Source: Tubiluchus corallicola (Eukaryota; Animalia; Priapulida). From it: a stretch of 64,000 nucleotides of DNA. The notes below the pieces were generated by a model that was given only the letters and a program-made list of their open reading frames with translations, had not been told where the DNA came from and searched no databases. Made by a program: the position numbers and the translations under genes. Below, one piece after another: positions 1 through 14,589 of this stretch (position 1 is the first letter of the stretch; every line of letters starts with the position of its first letter). The stretch is taken from NCBI GenBank assembly GCA_030141605.1, contig JAQGDQ010000059.1:124001-188000 (forward strand), read 5' to 3'.

Positions 1-75
1 AAGCATCCAGTATTCTGAGGTTCAAGTACAGAAGAATATAGCACCCTCTGTGGGATATTTATGGTCACAGCTTAC

Positions 76-371
76 CAAAGGTTCAGCTAAGACAATATCA
101 ATCTTTTTATCAGCCAGTACTGCAAACTCTGCAAACAAGGTCCTCAGCACGAACTGCCCAGGTTTTATATCTGTGTCGACCTTGATGGCCCGGGGCGAAG
201 TCATCGAATCACTACTTCGCGTATCCCAAGGAAGATTGACCGTTACTGGTATAGGAGGTGGTGCCTCATCTGTTGGTGTCTTTTCCAAATCTGATAACTC
301 AGATGGATCAAGTTCCAGGGCCTCGGGAAGTGGTGCTGCCTGTGCCAGCGACGCATTGTCTGTATCCAACT
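76..371 (-). CDS. fry: Protein furry homolog (FRY/FRYL/Tao3/Mor2 family), conserved N-terminal coding exon; gene continues off the left edge
   Basis: Translation ...IKVDTDIKPGQFVLRTLFAEFAVLADKKIDIVLAEPL matches the remembered furry N-terminal motif (KPGEYVLKSLF..F...AERKI..IMAEPLEK). Acceptor tattttcag| at 372, donor TTG|GTAAG at 75. 296 nt, enters in phase 1, exits in phase 0. Confidence 0.88.
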
Positions 372-1159
372 CTGAAAATAATACAATGTAATTTTAAAAA
401 TGTACAGTCTATAAACATAAATGAGCAAAAAAACTGAAAAAAAGAAAAAATCTACCTGATTTGGATGTTAGATCATCGTTAATTTAAACTACAGTACAAT
501 GTACACGTGACATTCAAATTCTCGTTATTTCTAATCCACTTTAAGAGATGACACTCAACATCCTTGAAATTTTCATGGAGGCTTAGCGGTTTCTTGTTCC
601 CAGAAGTAAGTTGACTTTCTGCAAGTTGCGCTACACATGTAATGTCGAAGTTTGGTAGTGTATATAGGCAACATAAAATAAGTCATATCACGTCAGTGCC
701 AAGAACTAAGAAATTAGTAGGATAAAATTTTGTCTCTCTTACGATTAATACAAATACCACACATTCTTACAGTCGTTTTTGCAAATTGTCGAACTAGGTT
801 TGCACTAATTACCAATCTAAAACTGATCTCCTTAAGGTTTCTCAGAAATTATAACAGTAATTAACACAGGGAAATTTTACAAAATTTCAAGATTATCAAT
901 ATAATTATGATCACATAAGCGTATAATTATTAAACCTTACCAAACTAGGCCCAAAAATTAGACAGTTTTTCATATGAATGAGATACTTTCTCTCAAACTT
1001 GCAGTCACTGCCAATCCCAAAGTATGTGTATCACATTAAAAGTAACTTTCTTGTTATATTATCTTATTAACAGTTAAAAGCAGTATATAACAATGCACTA
1101 AAAATAACTTCTTTGTTTTACAGCATTGTATAAACATGATAATGCAAGTGTATTGACAA

Positions 1160-1540
1160 ACAATACAATACAATGTATGCAAAAAATTACACATCACACA
1201 AAAGCATCCCAAAACTAGGGTATAACCGTCACATTGAAATCTTGAGTAAAAGAAACAGCGTCGGTTAGACGGTTTACAATATTTACACGTTTATATAATA
1301 ATGTAATTACAATAATGTTCTTTTGCTATCAATTGAATATGTTTTTCTGCTACTAAGATTCTATTTTCTTTCTTTCAAAACAGTCTGTAATATAATTCGA
1401 AACTAAATTAGCAAGTTCACATTCAATTATATTCATCAAAAATATAAATTTTTCCTGTATTGTGAGATTCATAAAGTTTGGGAAAACTTCATTGACATGA
1501 GAGAACAAGCTATGTCTTAAATAATTATAATACATTCAAG
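1160..1540 (-). mobile_element. 3' end fragment of a non-LTR retrotransposon (CR1/L2-group-like LINE)
   Basis: ORF 1353-1535 (YNYLRHSLFSHVNEVFPNFMNLTIQEKFIFLMN...LVSNYITDCF) resembles the typical C-terminus of LINE ORF2 proteins; followed by a short 3' UTR and a (TTGTA)n-like tail near 1160-1175. Confidence 0.6.
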
Positions 1541-4500
1541 AATTAAACAAACTAAACATAGTAATGTTGTTGTCTTCACATTTTTATAAATGCATAAAAA
1601 AATTATAACCATGTACTGTTGCTGTGTCAACAACAATAAATTCAAAATGATACAGCCACGTCGAACAAACTGACTCACAAATGGATAAAATTTTACATGA
1701 AATTTTCACTCCTGCGTTTTATGGTTTTTATAGGAAAATGTATTATCGATCTGGAGCGTCAGGAGAAACGAAAGCGGCTGGGTCAGAATGTTTACAAACG
1801 TGAAGTCAATGATCAGCACAGCTTAGGGAAAACAAACAAGGAAATCCGGAGAAGGAAAAACACAGATTATCATCTGTAAACAACAGGAGGTGATCCCGAG
1901 TAGTCACGTGACAGCTGATCTTATTACTCCATCAGCTGATTCTGTGGAACATATTTCACGCGGAATTACTGTATTAGCTTCATGGTGAAGCTTCATGCCA
2001 AATGGAATTTTGCCTACGTATGTTTTTGTGTCTGTCTGCCTGCCTGTTTATCTGTCATCGTGCAGTAAGGCATAATGTATAAAACAGAGTTTGATGTGTC
2101 TGTTTGTCGTTATGAATTATAATGCAATAGAAGTGTGTATGCCTGTCTAATGTAATTTTATTATTTTACAACGAAATATGATACTGAAACTTAAATGTAA
2201 TGGAGTACCTATGTCGCAGTGCAAGTTGAATTATACGTTTGTTGATGCAAATCGCAAATCATAGAGTAATAGAGCTTTGTCTGTCTGTTAGGTGTATAAA
2301 AAGCCCTATAATAACAAAAAGTTATTGATCTACCTGTTTTTCTACGAACAGCTTAATTTAGCTCATGATGAAATATAAATGTTGATGTACTGTGCAATTA
2401 AACATTTTTTACTCACTTAAGTCAGGCATAACTTTGTTGACCAAAAAACTTACAACAAAAGAAATGTACATATGCATTTATCTTTTTGCAGACTGGACAC
2501 TCAGTATATGCTGGTACAGAACTGGGATTATCAATTAGACAGGATGGATGATAACAAGGGCACTAGCGGATTTAACAGTAACAGGATTTCTCAGTTTAAG
2601 AAACAGCAGGAATCTGATCGTCCAGAGCACATCCTGTTCTATGGCCAATGCCATATTGCTACTAATAAACACAAATACCATTTATGTACATTTCCAATTC
2701 CTTTACAGTTTATTTGTTTACTTATTATTTTTGATTATTAATTTATTTGCAAGTTTCTTTGCTCCTTCTTTCCATTCATTCCATTAAATTATTTCATTTT
2801 TAACTGCACTTACCCTACGTTTGCGTGCTTATTAGTTCACTCATTCATCCGCTCGTACATTCATTAATTCTTTCGTTTTTTCATTTTTTCATTCACTCAC
2901 TGGGTGACTTCAGTTAGCGACTACTTCATTTCTTAAATACTTAACAGCAAAGAAAACATTAGAGAGAAATGCAAATTCTTCTGCACTTTGTGATAAGGCA
3001 ATGACTGGGAACAAATGCTTTCTTTCAGCTCGCAAGTTAACTGACCACAAGCATGGCATTTTGATGGATCAGCTAACAGGGAAAACAGCTCATGTTGACT
3101 CCACGTAGAAAAACTACTCCCGCCTAAATATTTGACAAGAAAAATAAATACTGGCAGATTAACAGGTCAAACAAGATTTCGAACCGTTTGCTAATTATTC
3201 GTGCAGAAAGAAACCAAATATACGAGACCATTAGATAAGCAGTTTGATGAACAAAGAGAAGGCACAGAGAGTGAAAACGGCAAAAAACAAATATGATTCT
3301 GACGTTACCAAAGCTACATCTAGTTACACTATTTGATTTGTTATACAAATTGTTAAAAATGATTTGATTAGCATATAACAAGCATTAAATAAGGCAATTA
3401 AATTGTTACTAATATCTAACAACAGGGAATGTAAAACTAATTATTTAGATCTACAGTGTTATAGCTTACACTACAATAATTATATTATATACATTACTTT
3501 ATGATATCAAAAGTAAATTAACAACTTATGTAAACCAAGCTGCCGAGAACACTTATATTGTATTTCAGCCTGTAAACCTATGATTTTTTAATTAGATGAT
3601 TTTGATTAAGATTGGATAGTGCTACAATCAAAATTATACATGTACTAGGAAAGTAAAAACAAAACTTTTGTCGCCATCTATACAACTGTTACTGAACAAA
3701 TGGAGGCTAGTATAATATCAGACATAACAAAATTTATATATCCAGAGCCAATTCACAGTTTATAGAAATTTAGCAAATTTATAATATTTGCAAATTGTTT
3801 ATTTATCTGTTATTTAAGGTTTTCTGATCGTAAGTAAATTACATGTGTTACTGTTCGCTGTTTGTTTTCCCCACTGTTTTGTTTTGATAATTTCGTTCGT
3901 TCGTTCAATCATTTCACCTGTTTTTTATTTGTTTGCTTTGTTGGTTAGTTGATTTTTTACTTGCCATTTAGTTAGTTAGCTACCTAGATAGTCAGTCAGT
4001 TCAGTTGACTGGTCGGTCAATCAGCATTTGTTTATTTGTTTGTTAATATATGTTTATTCTGTTACTTGAGCACTTACTTTTCGTTTTAATTTTTGAATAC
4101 CAAAGTTATTCGGATACGTTAATAACACAAAAAACCTTTAAAACGAACAAACAACCATGATGAAGCCAGATTGCTTAAGGTGGAATATTATGAGTCTCTC
4201 ATGCGTCACAGCTAGCTGTCACTCTCAGCTAATGTGTTTTATTACAGATCTGCATCTGACAACAGCAAAAATGATGAATGAGAATTTTACCATGTCACGC
4301 ATTACACAGTAAGATATCAAGTATTTCTTATACGAGAACGGAAATGCGCATCTTTAGTTTTTTACTCTAAGTCTAACCGGAAGGCCGGGAATAGGGCGCG
4401 AAATTGGGAGATACCTGACCAGGTTAAAAACGTCCAGAAGACAGGTCAGTTGAAAAATACCTAATAGGATGCCATTAAAATATTGATATATGTACATATA

Positions 4501-6254
4501 TATATAACTAGCCAAACAAATTGAATATAAATTGCAACTGTATACTTATTACATAAAGAAACGTCGTTTGAGAAACGTGCATACTGCACTAGACTGTATG
4601 GAAAACCGCAACGTTTAAATGACACATTTCTTTGACTGCATGTTGTTCAACGTGCTAGTGGACTGCGTCAAAAACTTCCATATATAAAGAAAAAAATTTA
4701 AAAGATGAAGTTTATATAATTTATATTCTACACACGTACGAGTCAAAACAGTTAGTAGTGCCGTTATTGTTGTTGTTTATGCCGCTTGCGCATGGGGAGA
4801 GACTAGGCGAGATAGCGTATGACTAACAGAAGTGCATCCATGCTGCTTCTGATTGCAACACAAAAATTGTATATCATGTCATTATAGTACGTACTGTCAG
4901 GGATTTTTTTTTAAATAGCCAGAGAAGGGTCAAATATAATGGAAGTTTTTGCTTCGCTTACCCGGCCTGGCACCGCCGCTCTGCCACATAAGATGGCAAC
5001 CAAAAAGTGTTTCACTTCAGGGATGCATAAAAGAAATCTCATCTAGTGCTCTATTTTGACTTCGCTGCTGAGACAAAATGAGACGTTACAGTTATGAGGC
5101 TATAATGTATACAGTTGTAAGGCTACAATGTTGCCACATAAAACGAGACGTTACAGCTACGAGGCTTCAACGGTGTTACTAAAGCGATTAGCCATGCGCA
5201 CCGGGCAACACTTAACTAGCAACATTTTACAGATGTTAAAGTAACGTTGCTGATAAAAAGGACTCCAGAGGAATTTCTGTTATGCAAGCACCCATGCTGA
5301 AAAATTTTATGATGCAAATGTCACGTGTGGGGGTTATTAGCAGGCGCCCATTAAAAATACAAAGAAAGTTGAATGGCCTAAACTTTTTTCTGAACAAAAA
5401 TTGTTATTAAATAACAAGTAGTACCACACTAACTATAGGGGACATCGGAAACAACAGTCTAACCTAACATCATATGTTTTCTTTTGTCTGAGAATATATA
5501 GGTGCTGCAAACATTTGCACAATAAGACATGAGAGCTCTATCACTAACTATAAAACATATTGTAACTTTTTTAACAAGGGATATATAAAATTACACATGG
5601 TTCATTATTTGACAATGGTCAATAAAATGCAGGCATAAATTGTTAATTGAACTTGCAATAAATTATGAGCTTTCTTCGCGTCAACTTTCGTCTTATTTGC
5701 TCAAATGAAACTGAAAATGAGAAATATTGCTGATCAATACCTCGCTTGAATTTCAATGGTCAACGTGACCTAATAATATCTATATAGAATGAGCTCGAGT
5801 TACTACATCAATACAAGATACGGACAAGAAGGAATACAATCTTATTCAAGAAAGCAGGAACGAAAGGCGCAACTGGCTACATATATAAGTAGGCACCATG
5901 CCTTCCTGTTTCCGGTTCTGGATAAACTTACGTTCACACCAGGGAGACCATTTACTGTCCTACTTGTTCAGCCCCTGCCCTTGATTGTGTAAACAAATTG
6001 TTTACCAGTTATATAAATATTAATATCCGTTGATAAATTATGCCCATTTACACTAGTCGCTTATCAGTGTTTTGACGAATTTTCCCTCTTAGTAGAAGAA
6101 CGAACACTTGAATGCTTTAGAACTGTTCGCCGTACTCGTTCAAATGAAGACATTTGAAAACAAGTCATCGTTCTCACATTTTTTAACAAAGGTTTAATTC
6201 CAAATCAAATATATTCATAGAAAACTAGTATACATTGGTACTGCATTTGAATTA

Positions 6255-6425
6255 GGCGTGGAATAGCCGTGTGGGCATGGTGTGTGTCCACTGACCAAAG
6301 TTAAGCAACACCGGGGCCGGAAAATGAGTGTGTCTACCAGGTTCAACACTTGCTCTTAGCGATTTTGCTTCTAGTTGTTTACCTCGTCGAGGGAGGACGC
6401 ATTCATATCCGAACATTATTGAGAT
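6255..6425 (+). mobile_element. SINE with tRNA-like head and 5S rRNA-like segment
   Basis: GC-rich island in AT-rich intron: GGAATAGCCGTGTGG (A-box-like), then CCAAAGTTAAGCAACACCGGGGCCGG resembling 5S box A (GAAGCTAAGCAGGGTCGGGCCTGG); lacks the rest of 5S. Confidence 0.45.
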
Positions 6426-7369
6426 GTATATGTCTGTCAGTTCAGTATTTCGTCTTAAGAAAATTAATCTTAACAACGAGTGAGGTTCCGGTTTTGCCAC
6501 AACCATCCGCAAAAAACACGGTGTCGTTTTCTTAACGGAATGCTGGAGCACTTGCATAAAAGTACATGAATGATAACTTTTAAAATACTTACAGAGAAAT
6601 TACATTAGCTCGGGAGAGGAAGTGCGCAGTTCGAAGATGCATAAAACGAATATGTCGACCGGTTACATATTGTGAACGTACTACATGCTTCACCTTGAAG
6701 ATACTATAAGCTCTAACTAGGCATGTGGTTTTCGCTGGCGCACCTCTCTCCTCAGAAAACATGCAGAGTTCTTATGTCAATATTTTCTCAAGGGGCAGCA
6801 TGAATGTCACATTTCTTGGCACATTAATAACACAAGAAGGAGATAAGTAAGCACAACAGTCAACTATCTATATACAGGCAAAAGTTATCCCGACTATCAA
6901 AGGTTTTATCATTTCCAGCCATTCCACGCGTCATCAATTAAAAACCATGTGTTCAGACTGTCCACCTAGTCATCATTGTAAGCAAACATTGCTTGGAGAT
7001 TTTAGCAAAAGGCGAGAAGGGCCTATATATAAGATGATGCTTATGCAAATAGACGTCAATTTGGGCGAAAGGTCAGAGAGAATCTTACATTGAAAACTCT
7101 GTTCAAGGCTCGACACAACTAACTTTTATATTAACAGCTTTTGTCAGATATCAAGAGCTGTTTTGCAAAAATATGCACTACAGATCATGTCTCTGAATTC
7201 AGTGAGTACTGTGAGTAAGAAAATTGCGAAGCAAAAATAACTTTAGAAACTGATCCTTTACACAGTCCTGGAAACGTCAAACATACATATAATTATACCC
7301 TGTAAGCTGACACACTTCACTCAAAAATAAATACAATTGTTATGTAAATTATAGCATTCCTTAACTCAC

Positions 7370-7511
7370 CAGATTTCACATGAAGGCCCGTTTTAAAATC
7401 TTCCTCCATCAGAGAATCTTCACTCAAAACACAATCTAAGTCATTATAAATGTTGACCCAGTCTGGGCTGAGAGATCGTCGAAGTCTTTGTCGTCTCAGC
7501 ATTACAGCCAT
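7370..7511 (-). CDS. fry: furry alternative first coding exon A (MAVMLRRQRLRRSLSPDWV...HVKS)
   Basis: ATG in strong Kozak context gccATGG, 47 codons + 1 nt, then G|GTGAGT donor. Phase 1 joins the 371 acceptor in frame (G+AG = Glu). Confidence 0.62.
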
Positions 7512-8319
7512 GGCAAAATATGGTTAAAAATTATAAGCTTATTCGCACCATTGTTAATTTGAAAGGCTAAAAGATCTTACAAGTCGACGATCTACTGTTA
7601 AACATTAATAACCACAATTAGCAAGTAACTTATTAGTTTCGAACCACGTTTACGAAGGCGAATTAAGGCACGACACATAAAACATTGAAAAAGTAAAAAG
7701 GGTGTATTCATAACATTTATAAGAACACCAAAAAAGGATTTTACAGAATATCACAGGCGCGCACTGTCTTCGCAAGAATTAACATTAAATCACTACACGA
7801 AAGTACGACGATCTAAATCCGAGATGCATTTGCTGTACAGTAAATTCGAGTTTAACATTAACTACTAGGAAACATCCAAAGGGTAACATAAAACTTTCAC
7901 CACATGAAGCTGGAAAAAGCGAGAAAACTCAATCGTGATATCCGGTAGCGGAAATACTCAATGCAGTTTCCATTTTCCCTCCAGTTTATTTCAATGCTTT
8001 TTGCTGCACATCAGCACCAAAGCAAATAAATGAATGGCATTAGAACATCGATGCAGAAATATTCCGTACATAAACGGAAAGGCTATACAGATTTACAGTC
8101 ACACAAAAAATACTTCGAGTTATCTAACAGTCATCCTGATTTCGAAATTCATGACGCACCCACCGAACGACAAGCAAATGTGAAACAGAATCCGGTTAAA
8201 GCTTCAACCTTTGTTAATTAAGTTCAGTAACACCTGTTCAAGCAACTGTTTAACGGTAAATGAACAAACACATCAGATTTGCACGGTCACTCAAAAGTGT
8301 TAAAGTAAAACATAGTTAC

Positions 8320-8403
8320 CAGGACTTAAACCCTGGAGGGTGAGCCTTGAGAAAGCGAGAACAAGTAGTAACACAAACACTGCACAGCGGAATCACCCAT
8401 ACT
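8320..8403 (-). promoter_or_regulatory. Candidate internal TSS and non-coding first exon upstream of furry exon A
   Basis: TCAGT initiator-like motif (8401-8405) followed by CTG|GTAACT donor at 8319; its only ATG frame stops before the donor. Confidence 0.3.
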
Positions 8404-11400
8404 GAGCGAGTGCTAAGAGAAACTGCCCTCTACAATTTTAGAAATACAGTGCACTTGAGCTAGAAAGACGGAACGTTGTTTAGGGGCGCTCACTACACAC
8501 AGTACCAGAGAACTTTATAAAAAGGAAGTTTACTAAGTTTACAGTAGGTGATAGGAACTAACGGATTATCTAAGTATAGAACTGAAATATTTTCATGATA
8601 CAGAGTATGCTTGTATATTACCGCTACTTAAAAACTGCTGGATGAGTTAGCATTAATTGATGAGTTCGACTCAAATGTTGGCTATCCGACAAACATTTGA
8701 TATATAAAGCGTTTACGCTTAATTTGCTTCGGCATATTCCTCTTTAGGGGTGTTCCAGATTGTGCAGTGGGGTTTTATTAATCAATTATATTTAGTTAAG
8801 TGTAATGTGAAGCCTTAGTCTAGGATGGAAATTGCATCATGCAGGATAACTTGTTTGGGGAGAACAATACTGAACTCTTCAATTCGCTTACACATCAAAA
8901 TTTTAAAATTAACACTTATATTGCTCGAAATACCCACGTTGCTTCCATCTGTGTACATGTTTGTTTGTCAGTTTCTTTATTTCGTTGTCTGCTAGCTCAT
9001 TTAATTATTTGTTTGCATGTTCGTTTGCTCGTTCGACTGCTCGTTCCCTCATTTGAGAGTTTGCTTGCTTATATGATTGTTTGCCTACTGTATGATTGTT
9101 TCCAAGTTTACATCTTGGAAATGTCTGATGCTAATATCACCAAATCTGGCGTGGTCCTCCTATCATAAATACGGAAATGAAAGACCAGAAAGACCAAAGG
9201 TCAAGGTCACAGCATAATGGCGACAACAGCATATGAGTATTACTTTAACAACGAATAAATGTCAAATCGCCAGAAATACAACTCCCTGCAAAGACGGATT
9301 TCACCATATAAGCCAACAGTGAAGTTTTGGGACAAACATGACATGGACCTGCAAATGCGAAAGAAAATTTTTGCTTCATTTTCCGACAAAAGACGGTAAG
9401 GCTGACGTTCGTTTGTAACACAAACAAACGACCGATAATCCCTAAAAGCGGAAACTCTCCAGGGATATTAAAAACCTTTTGCAGAATAACTCGGAAAAGC
9501 TTTACAATTATCTTTGTGTTATTATGTTATTCAATTAAGCGAAGCAGTGTCGGGACCTCTTCTACATGTCAATAAAATCTAAAAACTGCAGCAAAGTGCG
9601 AATACATAGAAAAAAGTCATAGAAAAAACATACATTTTAAGAATAAACTGTTATTCTACCTAAATAGTTACAAACAGCAAAATAAATCAAACATATTTAT
9701 GTTGAAAGATTTAAACGAACGACAGAATTTGGGGGAATCCAAATTAGTATTACTTTGTGTATGATCTAGAAAGTCTGAGACAGTGAATCTAGGTCGAAAC
9801 ATCTATAGATTATAAACAGAACGCAGGGTGTCTGGACGTCAAAGAAAGCCACGTGGAAGGCATAAAAAACTTTTCCTATAAAAACATTCATGGTGTTATA
9901 GCAAAACGCTTGTATCCAAAGACTCGGGAACATGTGTTGAAACACTGGTAAAGCTATAGAAGTCATAAGCAACATCTTGAGTTCCTCAAAGATAGGCGGC
10001 TGCAGCTCAGAGTGACAACAGTTCCCAGGTCAAGCGTTAAATCTGTTTAGCTAACGTCAACGTCAATCAATGCTGACTTGATGAAGTTGCAAAGAGTCAA
10101 CAAGTGTGGTCATCATTTAGTTTTTAATAGGCAAAGCCATTTGCAGTCAGGGTACAAACATAAAAATGCTTGTTTGTCAAATTGTTTATAGTAATCACAC
10201 GCCATGATTACTTGATAAAAATAAAAATTATGATTAAAAAGGAATCAAAAGCAGCGATACAAAAGACCACAAACGGACGATTCGAGTTTTGAGTTTATCG
10301 GCCACTGAGAAAGCGGAAAACATTGCAGCTCAACCTATCAACACTTCGTTTTAACCTACTGCTGAAAACATGCCACATTGATCGGACTTCCATGAGCAGG
10401 ACCCTGGATGGAGTAAACAAGAACCATATGACAGCAATGAAGCCAACCAGACAGACAGTCAGACTGGCCGTCTATGTAAATGAGCCACATCAAAGCCAGA
10501 TACACGAGAGATGGAAATCATCGTTGTCTGTATGTCAAGCAATGACAAATATAGAAGTTATCTCATCAGTTTATTCGAAATGAATTACTGACTAAATTAA
10601 GAATGTGGGTGACTGTTTGCACGGCTATGTTCAATACGTACAGTGAACACAACTCAGCTGAGCAACACAGATTCAGTATTAATCCTAAAGGATGATCTGA
10701 CCATGAAAGGAGAAGGGCAAAAGTTTACCACAAAAAAGTCCACAATTAGCATGGCAGGATATGGTGTGGGACCAGTAGAGTGCTGTTGCTACAAGTGACA
10801 ATACTGCATAGATTCAGTGAATGGGTCGGTCGTTAGCGGTATTTTCCTTTCTGGTCATCTTGTTGACATAAATCGACTTTTAAAGACATTTTAAAGCAAA
10901 ACCGGACCCAACCTTAAACTCTACGTCAAAACAATCTACTCTTTAAAACATTGAAAGGAAACATATTTCAAAAACGACTTGCGTGAAAGAATTATTACCA
11001 CACAAACAATTTCACATTCGCGCCACTAGTTCTTTGCTGTTACATGCATTTCGCCATTCGCTAGACGGGCACTAGCGCCTTTATTTCGGAAATGCATTGC
11101 ACAAAACGGGGGTTGCACCTCTCGGTTCAGATGTGTTAATTTGTGACGAACTACTGACGTTCGTGCTCATGCGTGAGCACAGTGGTAAATTTGAAATTTG
11201 AATTTTTATCTTAAAACTTGCCTAGTTTCTGTACAACACATTGAATATGTTACAGTATCACTGTACTACAATTTTCGCTTTCGCAAACATGTGTAGCACG
11301 CTCGTGGAATATTTCTGCTGTTGAAACTTATGTTAGTTTGTGATGTCAACAATAGTTGGGCTCGCCCGCCGTTAACTAAGTTTTAAATCTATTCTTTAAT

Positions 11401-14400
11401 TACCAGAAACGCTTTTGCAGTATTAATTGTGTTAAAATGTATACTTTTTGTCGGACTTGAAGTTGGGGTACAGTATATGAAAAGTCATCTTGTCTTCCTT
11501 TAAAGGCTGTTGAAACCACTTGAGTAACTTTCCCCACACACGTAAAAACAAACCAAACCCTAGGCCTATATCCTGATTAAAACACGAGCTAAACAGTTTC
11601 AGTACGTTTGTGCATGCAGTGCTTAAATTTCTGACAGAGAACACGGGTTACCTTGAAATAGTTTGCATTTCAGTTAAACTATATATGTGCGTGACACATG
11701 TCTTTCTCTAGACGTTCACCTCAAAATAGGGTCTCATTTCAGCAATAGCACAAATACATATCAAAGGCGGCCGGCGAAAAGCTCTTATTAGTTGAGATGT
11801 AATGTACTTTCAAATAAAATACTTTCAAGTTAAGTTATGACTCGGATAAACAAGTATGAAATCTACCTTAATAAAAGAAGCATAAGAAAACATAAAAAAG
11901 TCAAATGACTAATGACTTGAACTACTGTGTCAGTCAACGCCTTCATTTTTGAATGTTAACAACGACCATGACCTACCGATGTTTGTCCGTCAACAGCTAA
12001 TCAGTCCATTATGGCAGGGTGTCGACGGAGTATGGAAACTTTCTCTGCGGCAAGCCAAAAAAGGTCGGAAACCGGGGGGATGGGGTCATGAAAAAGGTCA
12101 TCCTAATTCCTGACACTATCACACAGGACGGAAATCACGTAAGTACGTTGCTGCTTCAAAACAATTACACTGTCTAATCCTTCCGCCACGGCCCAATGGT
12201 ACTGTGTTTTAGCAATGAACCCATTTTCTGCCTAAAATCCATAACAATCAAATTACTTTAATTTGGTAGTTTTCTTGGCGTCGTACCATGGTCCCCATAC
12301 GACAGAATATTTGGATTCCTCCATGCTTCTGGCCACAATTAGCACGGAACAGTGGGTTCACGCCAGAAGAGCTTTAAGAAGCCAGGTAGAAAAATAAATA
12401 ATTTACTGAAAAAAATAAACAACGTGCTGGATGTACGCCACAACAATATCGCAGCAGAGAGGTCAGCAAGTGGCTTAACCAATTTTCTTCCGCGAATACT
12501 GTATTCCATTCACCTTTGTTCAAGTCAACATTTCATTAATTGAACTTAACTGGAATGAAAGATGTAAATCAAAATATTTTACTCATATTCTTGACACTAA
12601 ACCATACTCCGCAAACTGGTTTTCATATAAGTGGTCTATATCGTCTAACTGACTACTAACTAGGACACCTCAAATCCCTAAACGAATTTGTGCATTTTGT
12701 GAATTGGAGTGACACTAACGAAATTTCGCCCACAATATTCTCGCTTAACGTAATTTTGATATCTCTCGTCTAGTCACTGAACACACTGTATTGTCACACT
12801 TGTTGTAGGACAGCCAGACATAATCGTTGTTTTTGAGCACAAAAACAGTTGCAAACACTTTAAACCGTTCTTGGCTACAACATTGCCAAGTTCTTCAACG
12901 TCTCGTAGAACGATATGATCTGGAATTATGTTAAAGTCTGTTAATATAATCATTATTATATAAGCATTATATTTACATGCCTATGTGAACGTGGCAAAAC
13001 TTATTAAAGTTGCCTAGCCAAACTTGTGAAAGTTCTAGTTCTACCAGTTGCTTTATAGAGAAAGTGACTATCGAAAGTTCTACCCCTTTTCCCTTTTCCA
13101 ATCCCTTTTTATCTGCACATCGCGGAATGTAATAGCACAGTAATCCACCCAAGCACAAAACTATAATATCCGTTCATCTTTCTATTCTAACGACCTGGGT
13201 TAGCATTATATGCTTCATTTGAATGTTAAGGACCATATATTAAACTTCTCGTATACGGGCAGACGGAAACCAAATGTCTTTACGTTTTATTATTCCAAAC
13301 GTATCACTTCTACTTATTCTACATATTTTAGAGAAAGCACATTGTGGCTTCACGTGGTTTATTACGTCGTCAATTTTCATTCAAAAACGTTGGCGCACAA
13401 GATTGTTCAATTGTCAAAGAACGAAATAAAATGTCTTTCAGAATAGCAGAAGCAGCTGCATGCTCACTTACGACAGGAGATACCTAAACAGCTTCTGCAT
13501 TTTATAAAAAATAAATAATGTCTCATTCAGCACGAGATAAAATTTATTTGTTTGCAATCAGGCCTGATGAAGATGCTTCTCCTAAGTAAACAACAACCAC
13601 TTTTCAACACGGCTTCCGGTCCTGCCACACTCCCGGCCTTGTCGTTGAATGGTGGACGCAGTGTGCCGAACTGCGTATAAAAAACATATTTCGCAAACGG
13701 ATGTACAGAGATTTCAAATCAAAATGTATAAGTGCAGGCACGGCAAGATTCCACTCTCTAATATGAGAACCAACAAACTTTCTCTTACTACATATATATT
13801 ACGGTAAGGGCGTTTGTATGCTTGTTGAAGGGAAAATTGGCAGCTTGCAATTCTAAAGAAACAGACCACAATTTGCTTGTCCAGCTTCATTCAGTCAAGA
13901 AGTCTAAAGTTCTATTTTCAACTGGTAACTAATTTGATGGCTTGATTGATCACCTTTTTACTCTTACTCTCAGAATACAGCCTGAGAGCATCCTCTAGGA
14001 AATACGGAACAGATGGCTGGTGGCAAGACCGACACATAGCTAATTATCAATCTTTCAAGGTGATCAACGTTTTACGCATCTTCAATGAACGAGAAAAACA
14101 GCAGAAAGAAGTATGCCAGACAAAATCAACCAGAAGTTATTTTCAAAATGGTCACACACAAATTTGCTAAAAATGGTCCAGTGTTGCTTGACTTCGATCG
14201 CTAAACACACATAGCTAATCCTCCCACCAACTGTATTGCAAAAATCGCTGCAACTTTCTCGCTTTTTGGGATTTTAGTTTTAGGTTGTGAACTGTAACGC
14301 AAATTCCTCATTCACTAAGGACATTTATCTTCATCACCCAACAAAGTCGTGTCGCAAAAATTACTCTGCCAGCAAAAGACGTTATAATAAAAGTTGGACT

Positions 14401-14525
14401 CAGTGTTTTGTATATCAATTATGATGCGATTTATCAGAGGCGCAGACAGGAGGCGAGAAAGATAGAAAAAGAAGACAGAAGGAAAGGTGAGAGAAAGAAC
14501 AAAATCAGAGAGAAAGACAGCGAGC

Positions 14526-14528
<3 letters not shown>

Positions 14529-14584
<56 letters not shown>
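14529..14584. repeat. (AG)n microsatellite
   Basis: Directly visible; produces the spurious RE/SL repeat ORFs. Confidence 0.97.

Positions 14585-14589
<5 letters not shown>

Noticed and set aside
50-391. 113-aa plus-strand ORF
   Set aside because: Antisense shadow of the furry exon.
456-488. 33-nt minus-strand AG...GT microexon candidate just upstream of the furry exon
   Set aside because: Contains stop codons in all three frames, including the required phase-1 frame.
941-973. ATG...TTG|GTAAGG candidate furry first exon (MKNCLIFGPSL)
   Set aside because: Ends in phase 0, incompatible with the phase-1 acceptor at 371.
1900-1945. E-box cluster (CACGTG, two CAGCTG)
   Set aside because: Could be an enhancer, but short motifs alone are not sufficient support.
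5075-5175. Two ~35-bp direct repeats (GAGACGTTACAG.TA.GAGGCTT) with a spacer
   Set aside because: Only two diverged copies in a eukaryotic intron; a local duplication, not CRISPR.
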